The notes under the pieces are model-generated. The model made no database searches. It had not been told where the DNA came from and worked only from the letters and a program-made list of their open reading frames with translations. Shown in pieces: positions 38,936-51,014 of a stretch of 64,000 bases of DNA (its first letter is position 1; each line of letters begins with the position of its first letter). The translations under genes and the position numbers were made by a program. Origin of the DNA: Paraspadella gotoi (Eukaryota > Animalia > Chaetognatha); NCBI GenBank assembly GCA_051294375.1, contig CM119263.1, positions 21,016,268 through 21,080,267 of the forward strand. Direction: 5' to 3'.

Positions 38936-40007
38936 CAAGTTTGAGCAAACAATGTCGGATCTGTTTACGAAAATTAATTAATTAATTAATCGATTAATTA
39001 ATTAATTAATTAATTAATTAATTAAATAATTTTAATATTTAATAATTACTTATAAATTTATATACAGCTTATCATCATCGATGTTCCTTAAAATGAAGTA
39101 AATGTGACTTATATTGTTCTCCATTTATAACTCATTTCCACTGGCACAATGTCGTCAAAACTTTATATCTAGCTTCTTCACACACTTTCCTTCCGCTCAA
39201 AAAATTCATCTCAATCTATTCTGGGTTAAAATAAGTAAAAAAGAGTCAAGTAAAATGTGACTCATATTTTTTCATTTAAACCATTTCCACTCGTACCGAA
39301 ACATTTTCCTACCACACACAAAATTTTAACTCAATCTATCAATTTGATTAAATCTAGAGTATTTATTGGTAATAATAAGCTAAAAAAGATTTAGTAAATG
39401 CGAACTTATGTTTTTCCCATTTAAACTCCATATCACCAAACACGAAACCGAAATTCCCGTGAGGGAAACTTTATGATCCAGCTTCAATCACACATGTTCT
39501 ACCCATACACAAAATTTCATTCCGATCCAACCAGCCAATCACGAGTTATTGGGCTTTTTGCTAAGTGGGACGGATGGACGGATTGATTGACTGATTAAAT
39601 GTAATTAGTGATTAATTAATGAAATTGATTTAATAACTGATTAATTATTTGATTTATTAATACATCCTGCATATACATTATTATAAAAGGAAAAAATCAT
39701 AATCAATAGTGAAACAGGTTTTTTGTATTTTTCCATTTAAACTCATTTCACCTGGGACGATTCCATCGAAACTTTATATCCAGCTCAATCACACACTTCC
39801 TACCCACACGACAAAAATTTCATTCAAATCCATTCATCAACGAACGAGTAATTGGTGTTTTTTGCTAAGGGTGGACGGACGGACGGACGGACGACGGACG
39901 GACATCATTTTTTTTGCCATAATTTATCATAATTCGATGTTCTGACATGATATAAGTTAGTGCCCGACAATATTGACAACATTATCTGCTGATAAGCAGA
40001 TCCGACT
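38936..40007 (-). mobile_element. HINE family A, complete copy
   Basis: Same termini as 33472-34715, with internal tandem units containing CACACTTTCCTACC and (GGAC)n. Confidence 0.7.
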
Positions 40008-42958
40008 AAAAATTACGGGAAACGAAAGACGGTATGATATGAAAAATAAGGAAAATAAAAGAGGCCGTCCGGTCCGTCCGTCCAGTCAGTTCTAGATCGG
40101 CAGAATAAACGAAGGATATATAACGAGGTCCCCGTCGCGGATTTCCCATCTCGCCCTTCCCCGACCTTTATGATCGCGCGGCTAATGTTCTCCACCAAGT
40201 CATTATGGAATATGTGCGGGAGGGATCGACGAAAGGCGAAGGCCCCAGATTTTTCGTCCCTTGACCCTTTCTTTTCTCTTCACATTTTCTTTCTTCTAAC
40301 TTGTCTTGTCTTTTTTTCTTTTTCTTTTCTTTTTTCTTTTTCTTTTTCTTTATATTTCTTCTTTGTTCTATTTTTGGTGACATGTTTGCTTCCTTTTTCT
40401 TTACCCTTCTCGTTTCTTTTCCACTTTCCCCGCACTTCGCCCGTTTTTTTATTACTTTTTTATTCTTTTTTTTCTTTCTATTCTTCATTCTTTTCTTACT
40501 ATCTAGGAAAAAAGTATATCACATAATTTATTTATTCAATGAAAAGTATATAAAACTTAGGTAAAACATTCTCAATATTTGGTATACCCTTCCTTGGCAT
40601 CGACTACTGCTTGCATTTGTTTGGGTATGCTCTTATACAACAAATTGAAATATGACAGTGAAATGTTTTTCAACATCTTTAATGCAATTCTTTTCAGCCA
40701 CGATGTTGATGTTGCGCATATTTATTTTTTTTCTGAGAGCTGTCATGACACTTTTTTGAACCAGAAAGAGGTCTAAGCCCAAATTTAAAAAAAAAACTAA
40801 CTTTATTTAAAATAAAAACAAATAATTTAATACTAATAATTATGGGAAACTAAATACGATTTTTTTAGTTATTTTTTATTTGAAGTAACAATATTTTTTT
40901 GCCTGTAACTTCTAAACGATTTGATAACCGTTAACCGTTAATGGTTTTTAATAGTTAAAGATAATTTTAACTTAACTGTTCATATATTTATTTTAATGGT
41001 TAAATTCATTTAATTTTCAAATATGATTTCTGCTATTTTTTGTCATGAAAACTTTGATTTTTTAAAAGAAAAGTATTTATTTTCTGACCTCTCTTATTCT
41101 CCTCTTCTTTTATCACCATTTTTTTTTACCTCTTTCTTTTTTACATTTTTTCCTTTGTTATTTTTAACCCTTTTAATATTTTTTTCTACCATAATCTCTC
41201 TCTTATTATTTCTTCCCCTCACTTTATACCCTTCTGTTCCTTTTTTTCTCCCTTTGCTATTACCTTTTCCCTTTTTTTTATGCCCTTCCAATATTTTTTT
41301 TACTGTTTCCAAATTGTTTTTTGTTTTTATTTTTAACTAATTTTATGCATTTAAATCAAAAAATATTTTAAAATATAATATGCATATATTTTCCTGCAAA
41401 TCAAATTCTTACATGCAATAATATGTATTCTAATTTGCTATTAAAAATAGAATAATACTTTTTATTTTACTTTTTCTCTTTTTTTTCCTTTGTAGTTGCC
41501 TCACCCTTTTTAAAACCAACAAAGAAGTAAATGAAATAAAACCGAATGAAAGAAAAATATTTATAAATGAAAAAATAAAAATTATAAAAAATTTCAAAAA
41601 TTACTAATGGAAAGAACAAATCTTTAAAAAGATATCGGGGCTTAGTTTATGAAATACTAATAACAGAAAACAAGCTTTCAAAAAACTAACAACAAGAAAA
41701 CTAATAAAGAATAAAAAAAAAAAAAAAGAGAAAGCGAAAGAGAAAAAAAACAACCAAAATATAGAATTAGAATTACATTGTGCTTTTTTTCTTTGTCTTT
41801 TTTTCTATTTTTATTATGCTTAAGACAAAAAAAACTTGTATGCAAGATTTGTCTGATGCATTTTTTTATTAGCTGATGAGCTAAATTATCATAAGTAAAT
41901 TCAAGATAGTTTGCTCAAACCGATTTTTAATTTACCAACTATAATATGTACCTCATCTATCTGAAATAGAAGATTCAGGAGCCAGAGATAAAGATAAAAT
42001 ACCATTATATACTTTAATATACATAATATTAATATTTTAAATTTTCAGTTAAATTATAAAATTAACCAATATTATTGGTTAACCATTAAAAATGTTAGTT
42101 TTAACGGTAAAGCGAAGTTCCTCAAAAATTAATGATTAACGGAACTCTAGATTGGACCTACAAAAAAATTGAAGGAAGCTACCGAAAAAAAATTTAATGT
42201 AGATTCGGAAACATTCTGATTTTTTTTAAATCAAATAAGTTTTTAAGTAGATATCTTTTATTAAAAATATGATATACTTTTTTCCTAGATAGTACTTTTC
42301 TCTTGGTTTTTTCCCCATGTTTTTTTCTACTTTTATTTTTAGTCATTTTTAAGTTTTTTTTCCGGGGGAAGGGGGGAGAGGGAAAAAGGACAGGGAATTT
42401 TATTCCAAATCCAAATTATTAAAATAAAAACCTATAATTTAAGTTCGGCTTTAGCTCTTTTCGACGAGAGATAGCAAGAACATAAATTTTTCTTCTTCAT
42501 ACTTTACAAAGTTTTTCCAATTTCCAATTTTCTTCATGCTTCATCAGTTGGAAATAAAAAAACGTACTCTTTGCTGGACCCAATATCTCACGCATAATCG
42601 TTATCCAGTTTTTTTCCCAAAATACATACAAAACAGACCAGAAAGCTTGACTGCACCCACTACCAACTACCAAGTTTTTAAAAATAAATTTTCTCCACTC
42701 ATCACATGAAACGAAAACCACAAGATTCCTTTCCATCATCCGCAGATAATGTCCTTTCAAAAAAAAAAAAAGAAAGAATGAAAGAAAGTAAAAAATCTCG
42801 TTTTTTTTAGCCTTCGTTTTTCTTCACCCCCCCCCCCTCCCCCAGCTCATTTAACGAGATAATTGAATCTGGAGTCTCCGGTTGCGGATGGGGTGCTGCG
42901 TGCGGCCCGGGTGCTGTGGGTGTTCGGTGGGCTGCTGATGAAAGAGAAAAAAAAAAAA

Positions 42959-43017
<59 letters not shown>

Positions 43018-43318
43018 AGAGAGGAATAGAAAAGATAGGAAAATGAAATTAAATGAGAAAGAGGCGCAACTTCGATCAGATCTTCGATTTGCGTTAACGA
43101 TAAAAAATTATTCAATCGTCGAACGTTGGCAGATCATGGCAGTTTTTTGATGCGCGTTCCTTTGAACGTTAATATATTTAGTACGGTGCATTGGTCGTTT
43201 TTTTAAACGCCTACAATTGTTTCGCGATTGTGACACCAATCTGAGTCTTTGTCCTGTATAGACTCTTCCACTTCACCCCACCTGCCCCACCCTACTCCCG
43301 ATCCGCCCTGCTTCATTT

Positions 43319-43354
<36 letters not shown>

Positions 43355-43939
43355 TCTGTACAAAGATATGCCTCGCCCTTTTCTTTAATTTGGTTATTTT
43401 CCCGGCCAGTATCTTTGTTACTTTGACTTCTCTGTGAAACTCCCGGCTCAAATCAGTTGCGTTTATAGAAGCAAAGTGGAAACAATGCTAGCCCAGGAAA
43501 ACTCAATTTCTATGAGCTTTAACAAGTGTCCTTCGCGTTTAATAATGTACAAATAAAGTCTATAAACACATAATTATTCGTTTTACTTCGTTAATCTCAC
43601 GTTGAAATATTTGAACGGGCGACGCTTCAAACGTTAGATTTACGGGCGTGAAGATAAAAGAAACTTCACACTCTCTCTCTCTCTTCTATTTCCACTCCTC
43701 CATTTTTCTCTCCCCCTCAATTTTATTCTTCTCTCCTTCCTTTCGTTCCTTTCCCGTCCCTTTTCCCCTTGACCAACTTTATTGTTAAATCTTTATGCCC
43801 CTTCCTCACTTTCTTTCGCCTCCTTGATCCTCTTTTCTTTCTCTCTTCCTCTCTCTCTTTCTCACTTTCTCTTTTTCTTTCTTTCTCTTTTTATTTATAT
43901 CCCACTCTTTCTTTCTTTTTTTCTCTCTCGCTTTTTTTC

Positions 43940-44058
<119 letters not shown>

Positions 44059-44201
44059 CCCTCTTTTCTCCGCCTCTTCATCCCTTCCTCTAACCCTCTG
44101 CCTATTGTTCATCAACGTCAACCTTCTTCGTCCTCCTTCTCTTCCTCCCCCTTCCCCCTTCCCCCTCTCCCCTCCCCTCCTCCCTCTCTCCGCCCCCGCC
44201 C

Positions 44202-44347
44202 TCATTGATATGCATAGTCCCGGTCTTCGGAAGATGTTCCGCGGCGTTCGACCCGGGATGAGGGGAACAACGACGTCGGCGTCATTGGCGCCGTTGCTTC
44301 CGGCGTCGCGGGGGGTAGGGGGGCGTATTTGGCCCCATACCGCGATG
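44202..44347 (-). CDS. Candidate terminal coding exon (SRYGAKYAPLPPATPEATAPMTPTSLFPSSRVERRGTSSEDRDYAYQ*), product unknown
   Basis: Non-repetitive GC-rich island. The minus strand has a CACTAAC branch-like motif, a CAG acceptor and an open frame to TGA. The plus strand is also open, so strand is uncertain. Confidence 0.35.
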
Positions 44348-46371
44348 CTGTTGGCGGGAATTTCGTTTGGTTACGGGGATGTAGTTAGTGAAAATTAGGG
44401 TAGACTGCGATGCCGTTAGCAGCATTTACTATTAGTATTGTGAGATTTTGTAAAAAATAATCATTGTTGCTCGTAACACGAAGACATTGTTTACAGATTT
44501 GAAGAAACTTGGGAAAATTATGACGGACTGGAGCTGGAAGAATAGATCAGGTTTTGAAGGCTGAAGATAACAAAGTCCATACTATAATCTGATGAAGTTC
44601 TTATTATTGTTGTTTATCTAGAGTCACAATGTTCCCTTTATTTCGTTTTTCCACATTCGTTATATTTTTATTTGATTTATAGTACCCGAAGCGTAGAGTG
44701 TCCTTTTTTCAGGGATGAAATAATTCTTATATTTTTACATCTAATGAGCTGATATTTTAACATAAAATAGTCTAAACGTTGGTCTATTGCCCATTGGGTT
44801 AAAATTTAAATCGGACAATTCTAAACCACTTGAAAATAGGCCCAAAAAATAAATTTAAAAGTTGCATAACTTGTCATTTTATGTAGTACATTTTTAAAAT
44901 TTTACATATACATACTGTGAGATGTTGTCAGAATATGAATAAAATTTGAACCGTTTTATTAGCATTTACTAAGAAAAATATTTTAGATGTGGCATTTTTG
45001 TAATCAGTTATAACTATTATATTAGTGAATATTATGCTTTTATATTACTGTCTTAGATGGACCTTCGGTAGCTCTACAACATATATGAGTTTCGTTCATT
45101 TCCCAAAAAATTTTGTCACAGGTCAAAATTTTAATAACAAAATTCAATTGTCATTTATACCTAAAATATGCAGAGAACTGGATTGATTTCAGTTGCATAT
45201 TTAAAGATTTTTCTACTTTACTAAATTTCTCCTTACTAGGTAAGTATTTTTTTATTGTTTTAAGTGCATAACAATTACATAGTATAAGCTTTAACTTCAG
45301 CTTATTTTGGAGAATTTTTAACTTTATTTTTTAAATTGATATTATTTTATATTTATAATACTTTATCGAATTTCAATTTTTGTTATTATTATGAAAAGAG
45401 GTTAAGACAAGGATTATAAATATATAAATTTGTTGTAAATTAGCTCATCCAAGGCCGAGATATGGCCAATAAACAATCAAAATATCTCTTTAATATTTTA
45501 AGTATAGGTAATATTTTCATTCAAATTAACAGTCTTTAAGTTTCAGATCAATCGGAAAACTTTTACTATTAAATCTTTAAGGAGAAAGTTAATTTTTAAA
45601 AAAAAAATCGATTTTTAAAAAAAAATAGATAGATGAATAATGTAAAAGGTTAAAGTTACGATGTGTTGAGAGAGCAAGGGCAGAAGATATCCTTGTATGA
45701 ATGCTATATTTTAAAATAGGCCAACTGGTTGTAAGTAATTACAACATTTAGATGAAGTATGAAGTAAGAACAGTTGAACACTATATTTTATATTGGGCCG
45801 CTCCGGCGAACTGATTCTATGTAATTAGAACATCTGGATGAAGTATAAAGCATCTCCCAAAAGCTAGCGCTCAGGGCGTTGGACCTACAGTGACTACCCC
45901 ATGTCACTGACCAAGTATTTAGCTGTCCAAGCTAATAATGAGTTTAACCAGACTAGTTTTAGGATTAACCAGAGTATCTCATTTTACCTTTTTCATGTTC
46001 TCTTTTTCTCTCCCCCTCCCTCTTTCTCTCTCTCTCTTTCAAATTAAAATGAATGAAGAAAAAATGAAGAAAAAAAAGAAAGAAGTAAAAAAATCAAAAA
46101 TCAAAATAAAAATAAAAAAACGCAAAACATCATTTGTATAAACTATCAATCAATCAGTAAAAGGACCAATAAGTCAATCATTTGATCAATTGATAGATGG
46201 ATCAATCACTCAATCAACCAACCAATCAATCTATTGATAGATAAATCAATCACTAAGTCAATCAGTCCAAGAATCATGTATGCAATTAATCAAACACTCA
46301 TTTATTCTTTAATATTCATGAATCATAAATTGACAATAGAAAATCAGGGCTGAAAAAATAAGTCTAAGAAT

Positions 46372-46425
<54 letters not shown>

Positions 46426-47421
46426 GTCCTTTTTTGGTCATATTTTTCTCTCTCTCTATCTCGGCCAGTTTTTGACGACTGTTAATTATTAAGTCTACTA
46501 TTCCAAAATTTTGTCACTGGCTTTTCAGTCGTTAATGAACTTTTTAAATGTCGCTCGTTGGAAAACGTTTTTACGCATTTTCGCGACTTCGCTACTGTTT
46601 TTGTCACGATTATTGCTACGACTTGTCATGACCAATATATGAAATTGGTACAACCAATATAAAAATTATCCATTCATTTAATAAATAAGCTATCTTGTCC
46701 CTGACTTTGGACAGGCTTTGGTGGTTTAAGGCCTCCATCACACTTACAATATATAATAATAATAATAATAACCGATAAGGGCCTAGTATTATAATAAAAA
46801 ATAAAAACAATAATTTAACCATACAGCTACACACATTAATTAGCGTGTTATTGAAAGATTGTAGTTGTTTTTTAATAATTTTTTTATATTAATATAGCTA
46901 GTGGGAATTATGCAATGGTTTTATATTTCACCTGAAGATGACAACAATTTAAATATCTGATAATACAGTCTTTAAGCCATATGTCAGTAGTTTTTAAATC
47001 AAGGGGAACAAAGTTTGAACTCATAAATTTTCATATTTAAATCATATGTTTTTTAAGGTTGCTACATGATTTTGTACTTTTTTTTTCAACAGTAACGGAA
47101 CAATTTGCTTTCAAGGCATATCGCGTCGATGCGCATCTACGTAGGTCAATTTTAAAAACATATTTGGATTCCTCAAACGCATATTTTACTAGCTTAACCT
47201 GACGACATCAAGGGACGGAAGTTTGGTTTCTCTTTATATATCAAAAAGAAAAATATTCTAATATTTTTAGTTAATATCTATCGATTTCAATGAAAAAAAG
47301 GCTATAATATATTGCATGTGATTGAAAAATGTTATCGCTATACATAATTTTATTAATTTTATGTATTTTGTAAGTATTTTAAGTATTTCTTTTAACGTCA
47401 TCGCAAGCACTAATAATTTAG

Positions 47422-47576
47422 TATAAAGATATATTTTCATCATGGAGAAAAGTGCATTTAACAAACTTTTTTTTTTTCCAAATATTTCGACTTATGTTGC
47501 TAAGTCGAAATATTTGGAAAAAAAAAAATTCGTTTGTTAAATGCACTTTTCTCCATGATGAAAATATATCTTTATA
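47422..47576. repeat. Near-perfect palindrome (~73-bp arms, 6-nt loop)
   Basis: TATAAAGATATATTTTCATCATGGAGAAAAGTGCATTTAACAAAC...TTTCGACTTA-TGTTGC-TAAGTCGAAA...GTTTGTTAAATGCACTTTTCTCCATGATGAAAATATATCTTTATA. Confidence 0.9.
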
Positions 47577-47938
47577 TTTTAAGTATTTTTATTCAGTGAG
47601 TAAAATACCAACTTTTTTATTCGCTAATTTTTATCTCGGACGCTTAACGACAGACGTCCCTAACCTAAATAAAAAAGAGGAACTCGAAAGAAGCTATCAC
47701 CTCATTGCCGAAGAATTGTTGCCCGTTTTAGAAATTTAGCGCCATCAGACTCAGAGAGAGAGAGAAAAAGGGAAACTAAATAAAAAGAAAGAGAAAAAAA
47801 AAGGAGTCTTTCTCTCCTCATCCCGATGCATCCAGACTTTGAGTCGGGTGGCAATTTAGATTCGGTTAGGTATGTAAATAGCGAGAGGTGGCGTGCGATT
47901 TGCGACGAGAAGAGAATGAGTTCTTATAAGAAAAACAG

Positions 47939-48039
<101 letters not shown>

Positions 48040-48114
48040 GGAATAATAATAACACTTTAATTCCAATTTAATTTATTCTCTTCCAATTCAATTTTGGTTA
48101 AGTTTTTATATATA

Positions 48115-48322
48115 CTATGATCGCACACTTTTATAAAACTTCATTGTAATTTATAATAATTTTTATTAAAAAAAATGGTAAGTCCCAGCTAAAACTATAA
48201 AAGCGTAGTAGTTTTTATATAAAAATGCGTAACGCCGAAAACGATGACGACAACGACGACGCCGACGACGATAACGTTATAAAGAAGCTCACCCGAATCA
48301 ATATCGAGTCGGAAGGCTCGAT
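48115..48322 (-). mobile_element. HINE-like family B 5' fragment
   Basis: AAAAGCGTAGTAGTTTTTATATAAAA, (GAC)n and ACCCGAATCAATATCGAG..GGCTCGAT, matching the reverse complement of 4615-4850. Confidence 0.65.
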
Positions 48323-49025
48323 AACAAGAAATTACTAATGCAACAAAGACGAATTTATTGAGAAAGACTGGAAAAGAGAGTGAAGAGAAATGTCAGAATT
48401 TTATGCTTAATATCCGAGGGAGAAAGAGAAAGAGAAAGAGAGAGAGAGAGCGACAGACATCCTGAGGGTAAAGTTTCAATTCACGTAGAATTAATTAGAA
48501 TTAATTCTTCTTTCATTTGATTTTCCTTGTTTTCTTTTTTTTCAGATCGACGCGTTCTTATTTTTTAGATTTTTGTCTCTTCTGCAAAGCATCACAGAGG
48601 AAAGTCCGACGCGTCCGGGTTTCGAAACCGGGATCCTCTGGACCGATTCGTCCGCTAACTTGTTTTTTTTTCTGGTAAGAAAGATGAACGTAAAAGTTTT
48701 TCTTTGAAATAAAAGTTTTTAAACTTTTTCTTTCTCTTACAGATCTTGCTGCCTAAAACCACGAATGAAAAATTAAAACACCTGAAAAAAAAGGGCAAAC
48801 TCAAGCTGAAAAAAATAAATTGTAACTGTTTTAAAAGAAAATATGTTGTAACTTATTACGTCGGTAAATAAAGAAAAATGAAAGGACGAAAATAACTTAT
48901 AAGTTCAAAAATCAAAATAAAGCTTCAAGAGTAAAAAAGTCTACTTTAAAGGAAAAAAAAGTTTTCCGTCGGAATCGAACTCGTAAAGTCGAGACTAAAT
49001 GCGCTTCACTCGAGAAGTCGATTTT

Positions 49026-49075
49026 CAAAATGGCGGCGAAAAACGCTTTCGAACGAAACAAAAGAGATGGCGGAA
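49026..49075 (+). promoter_or_regulatory. YY1-like motifs in CpG-rich promoter-like region
   Basis: CAAAATGGCGGC and AGATGGCGG within a CpG-enriched stretch (48950-49190), ~1.1 kb upstream of the candidate start codon. Confidence 0.35.
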
Positions 49076-49340
49076 GTTCTTTTTTTTTGGCAAACGCCGC
49101 CAACCGTGAAGCGGAATCATGAGTAACGAAATAAACGAAAAAGCCGCCAAACGGAGGCGCTTTTGCCTGTGGCCCACTTAAGGGAAGTGAGCGTTTATTA
49201 TAAACTATTGTATAATTATATAATTATAGAGTTTAAGAATAAAAGCTTGAGAACGACCAAATCGTTAACGTCATCGAAATTTTTCAAATTAGGAAAAGAT
49301 ATTTAAAAAAGCTTCAACAAAAAAGAGTTTAAGATCTCTT

Positions 49341-49403
<63 letters not shown>

Positions 49404-50213
49404 CAACGATTAGGGCTATTGGAAAAGAAAACGACAACAACAGTAAAAGAAATAAAAAAAGAAAGACGATAGAAGATTGTGACACATTTTGTGACATTTG
49501 CTGCCACGAGGATTTTTTGCGCGCCTAGTGTCGCATTCGAAAACAAAAAACACTCCGTCGAATAGAAAAACACGTTCCGTCCTCTGCTGTGTATAGAGAG
49601 AAACAAAACAAAAGATCACGGATAAAAGCTGAACCGCAGACATAAACATAGAACTGAAAAAGTTGACGTTACCGTGAATAAAAATTGAAAAAAAAGGCTA
49701 TTTTGTTTCAAAATAATTGAAAAATAAATAATTTAGTGAGTACCACGACTCGATGAAGCATTGACGCCTTGGGCGTTGCCACGAAGAACGTAAGACTGAA
49801 ACCCCGATGGAACGAAACAAAATAAATTCGAAATAATATTAAACGCAAATGAATCGATTAAGACGATATAAAACTACATACAATAAAAAAAGAATAGCTG
49901 TTGAAAATAAAATTGACAAGAACAATCTTTAAAATTTCGTGAAAGTTTTTACCATGAGAAAAAGAGATAATTGAATTTGAGATTAAATTTCCGATGGAAA
50001 GACTGGATTTTTTTTATAGAAGTTTAATCAACTTTCTATGGGAAATAAATTAATTCGATAAACAAAAAAAAAAAATTCCCAACCGAGAAAAGCGATAAGC
50101 GACGAAAAACATAAAAGAAATAATGAAAAAAAAATGGAAAAAAGTACAATAAAAAGTTAAATTATTATTTTCTTTTCTCGTGAATATAAATCGGTCACGT
50201 ACAAAGAACGAAA

Positions 50214-50264
50214 ATGAAGAAAAACATGAACCTGTTCAAGAGGAACCGATCCGAATCACCGCAG
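50214..50264 (+). CDS. Candidate first coding exon (MKKNMNLFKRNRSESPQ), product unknown
   Basis: AAAATG start context, 17 codons, CAG|GTGGGG donor in phase 0, compatible with the next exon. Confidence 0.45.
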
Positions 50265-50593
50265 GTGGGGAAAACTTGCAATTTTTCTCTATTCTCATTC
50301 TCTTTGTCCTGGTCGCCGAGAATTTGTCTCACTTTGTCTCACTTTGTCACTATGTGTCATCTTTGAGAAAGGGGTTGGGTGGCTGATTTTCGCTATGAAA
50401 TATTTCCTCTCAATAAAAATGAGACAAAGATTACGGGTTGTGTTTTCGAGTTGACTGAAGAAAGCTTTTACGTTTTTGCTATTTTCTTTTATGTGTTTTT
50501 TTTTTCCATTTCTTTTCTGTAATTTCTAAAATTTCAACTTTTTGTAATTTTTTTTCTATTTTCTTTATAATTCCGTCCCCTCACTACCGCCAG

Positions 50594-50720
50594 ACGTCGA
50601 CTGTGACTGTTCCAAAGATCCGTCTGCCTCGTCAATGCGCCGAGGATCTTTCCGGATCTGACGCCGAAGATTCCGAGGGGGAGCTCGACTCGGCCATCGC
50701 TCAGGGAGGGAAATATGGGG
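50594..50720 (+). CDS. Candidate internal coding exon (TSTVTVPKIRLPRQCAEDLSGSDAEDSEGELDSAIAQGGKYG), product unknown
   Basis: Long pyrimidine tract with CAG acceptor (50591-50593), consensus GTAAGT donor at 50721, and a GC-rich open frame encoding an acidic/Ser-rich peptide. Confidence 0.6.
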
Positions 50721-51014
50721 GTAAGTTAAAAAAATGGCGGGAGGGAGGTGAGGCATATTCCGATACCTTGATATCTATTATGCGAGATATTTATGGCTCC
50801 ATGATACTACGTATATGATGTATGCAAAAATTAATAAAATTTCATAGTAATAGTAAATATTGGTTTTCTGCTTGTAAAATACTGAAAATTGGATTGCTCT
50901 CGTTCCATTTTGGAATTTCCAACTCTTTATCTCGCAAGACGGGCCAAAGCCCGTCTTGGCGAGATTAAGCGAAGGCTCAGCTTCTTTGTGACGTCGTCGT
51001 CGTCACCCTTTTTT

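Noticed and set aside
41872-41925. Hammerhead at CTGATGAGC...GCTCAAAC
   Set aside because: A hairpin exists, but the required GAAA after stem II and a cleavage triplet are missing.
49030-49122. Short ORF MAAKNAFERNKRDGG...
   Set aside because: Only 30 codons with no splice or homology support. The ATGGCG is better explained as a YY1-like motif.
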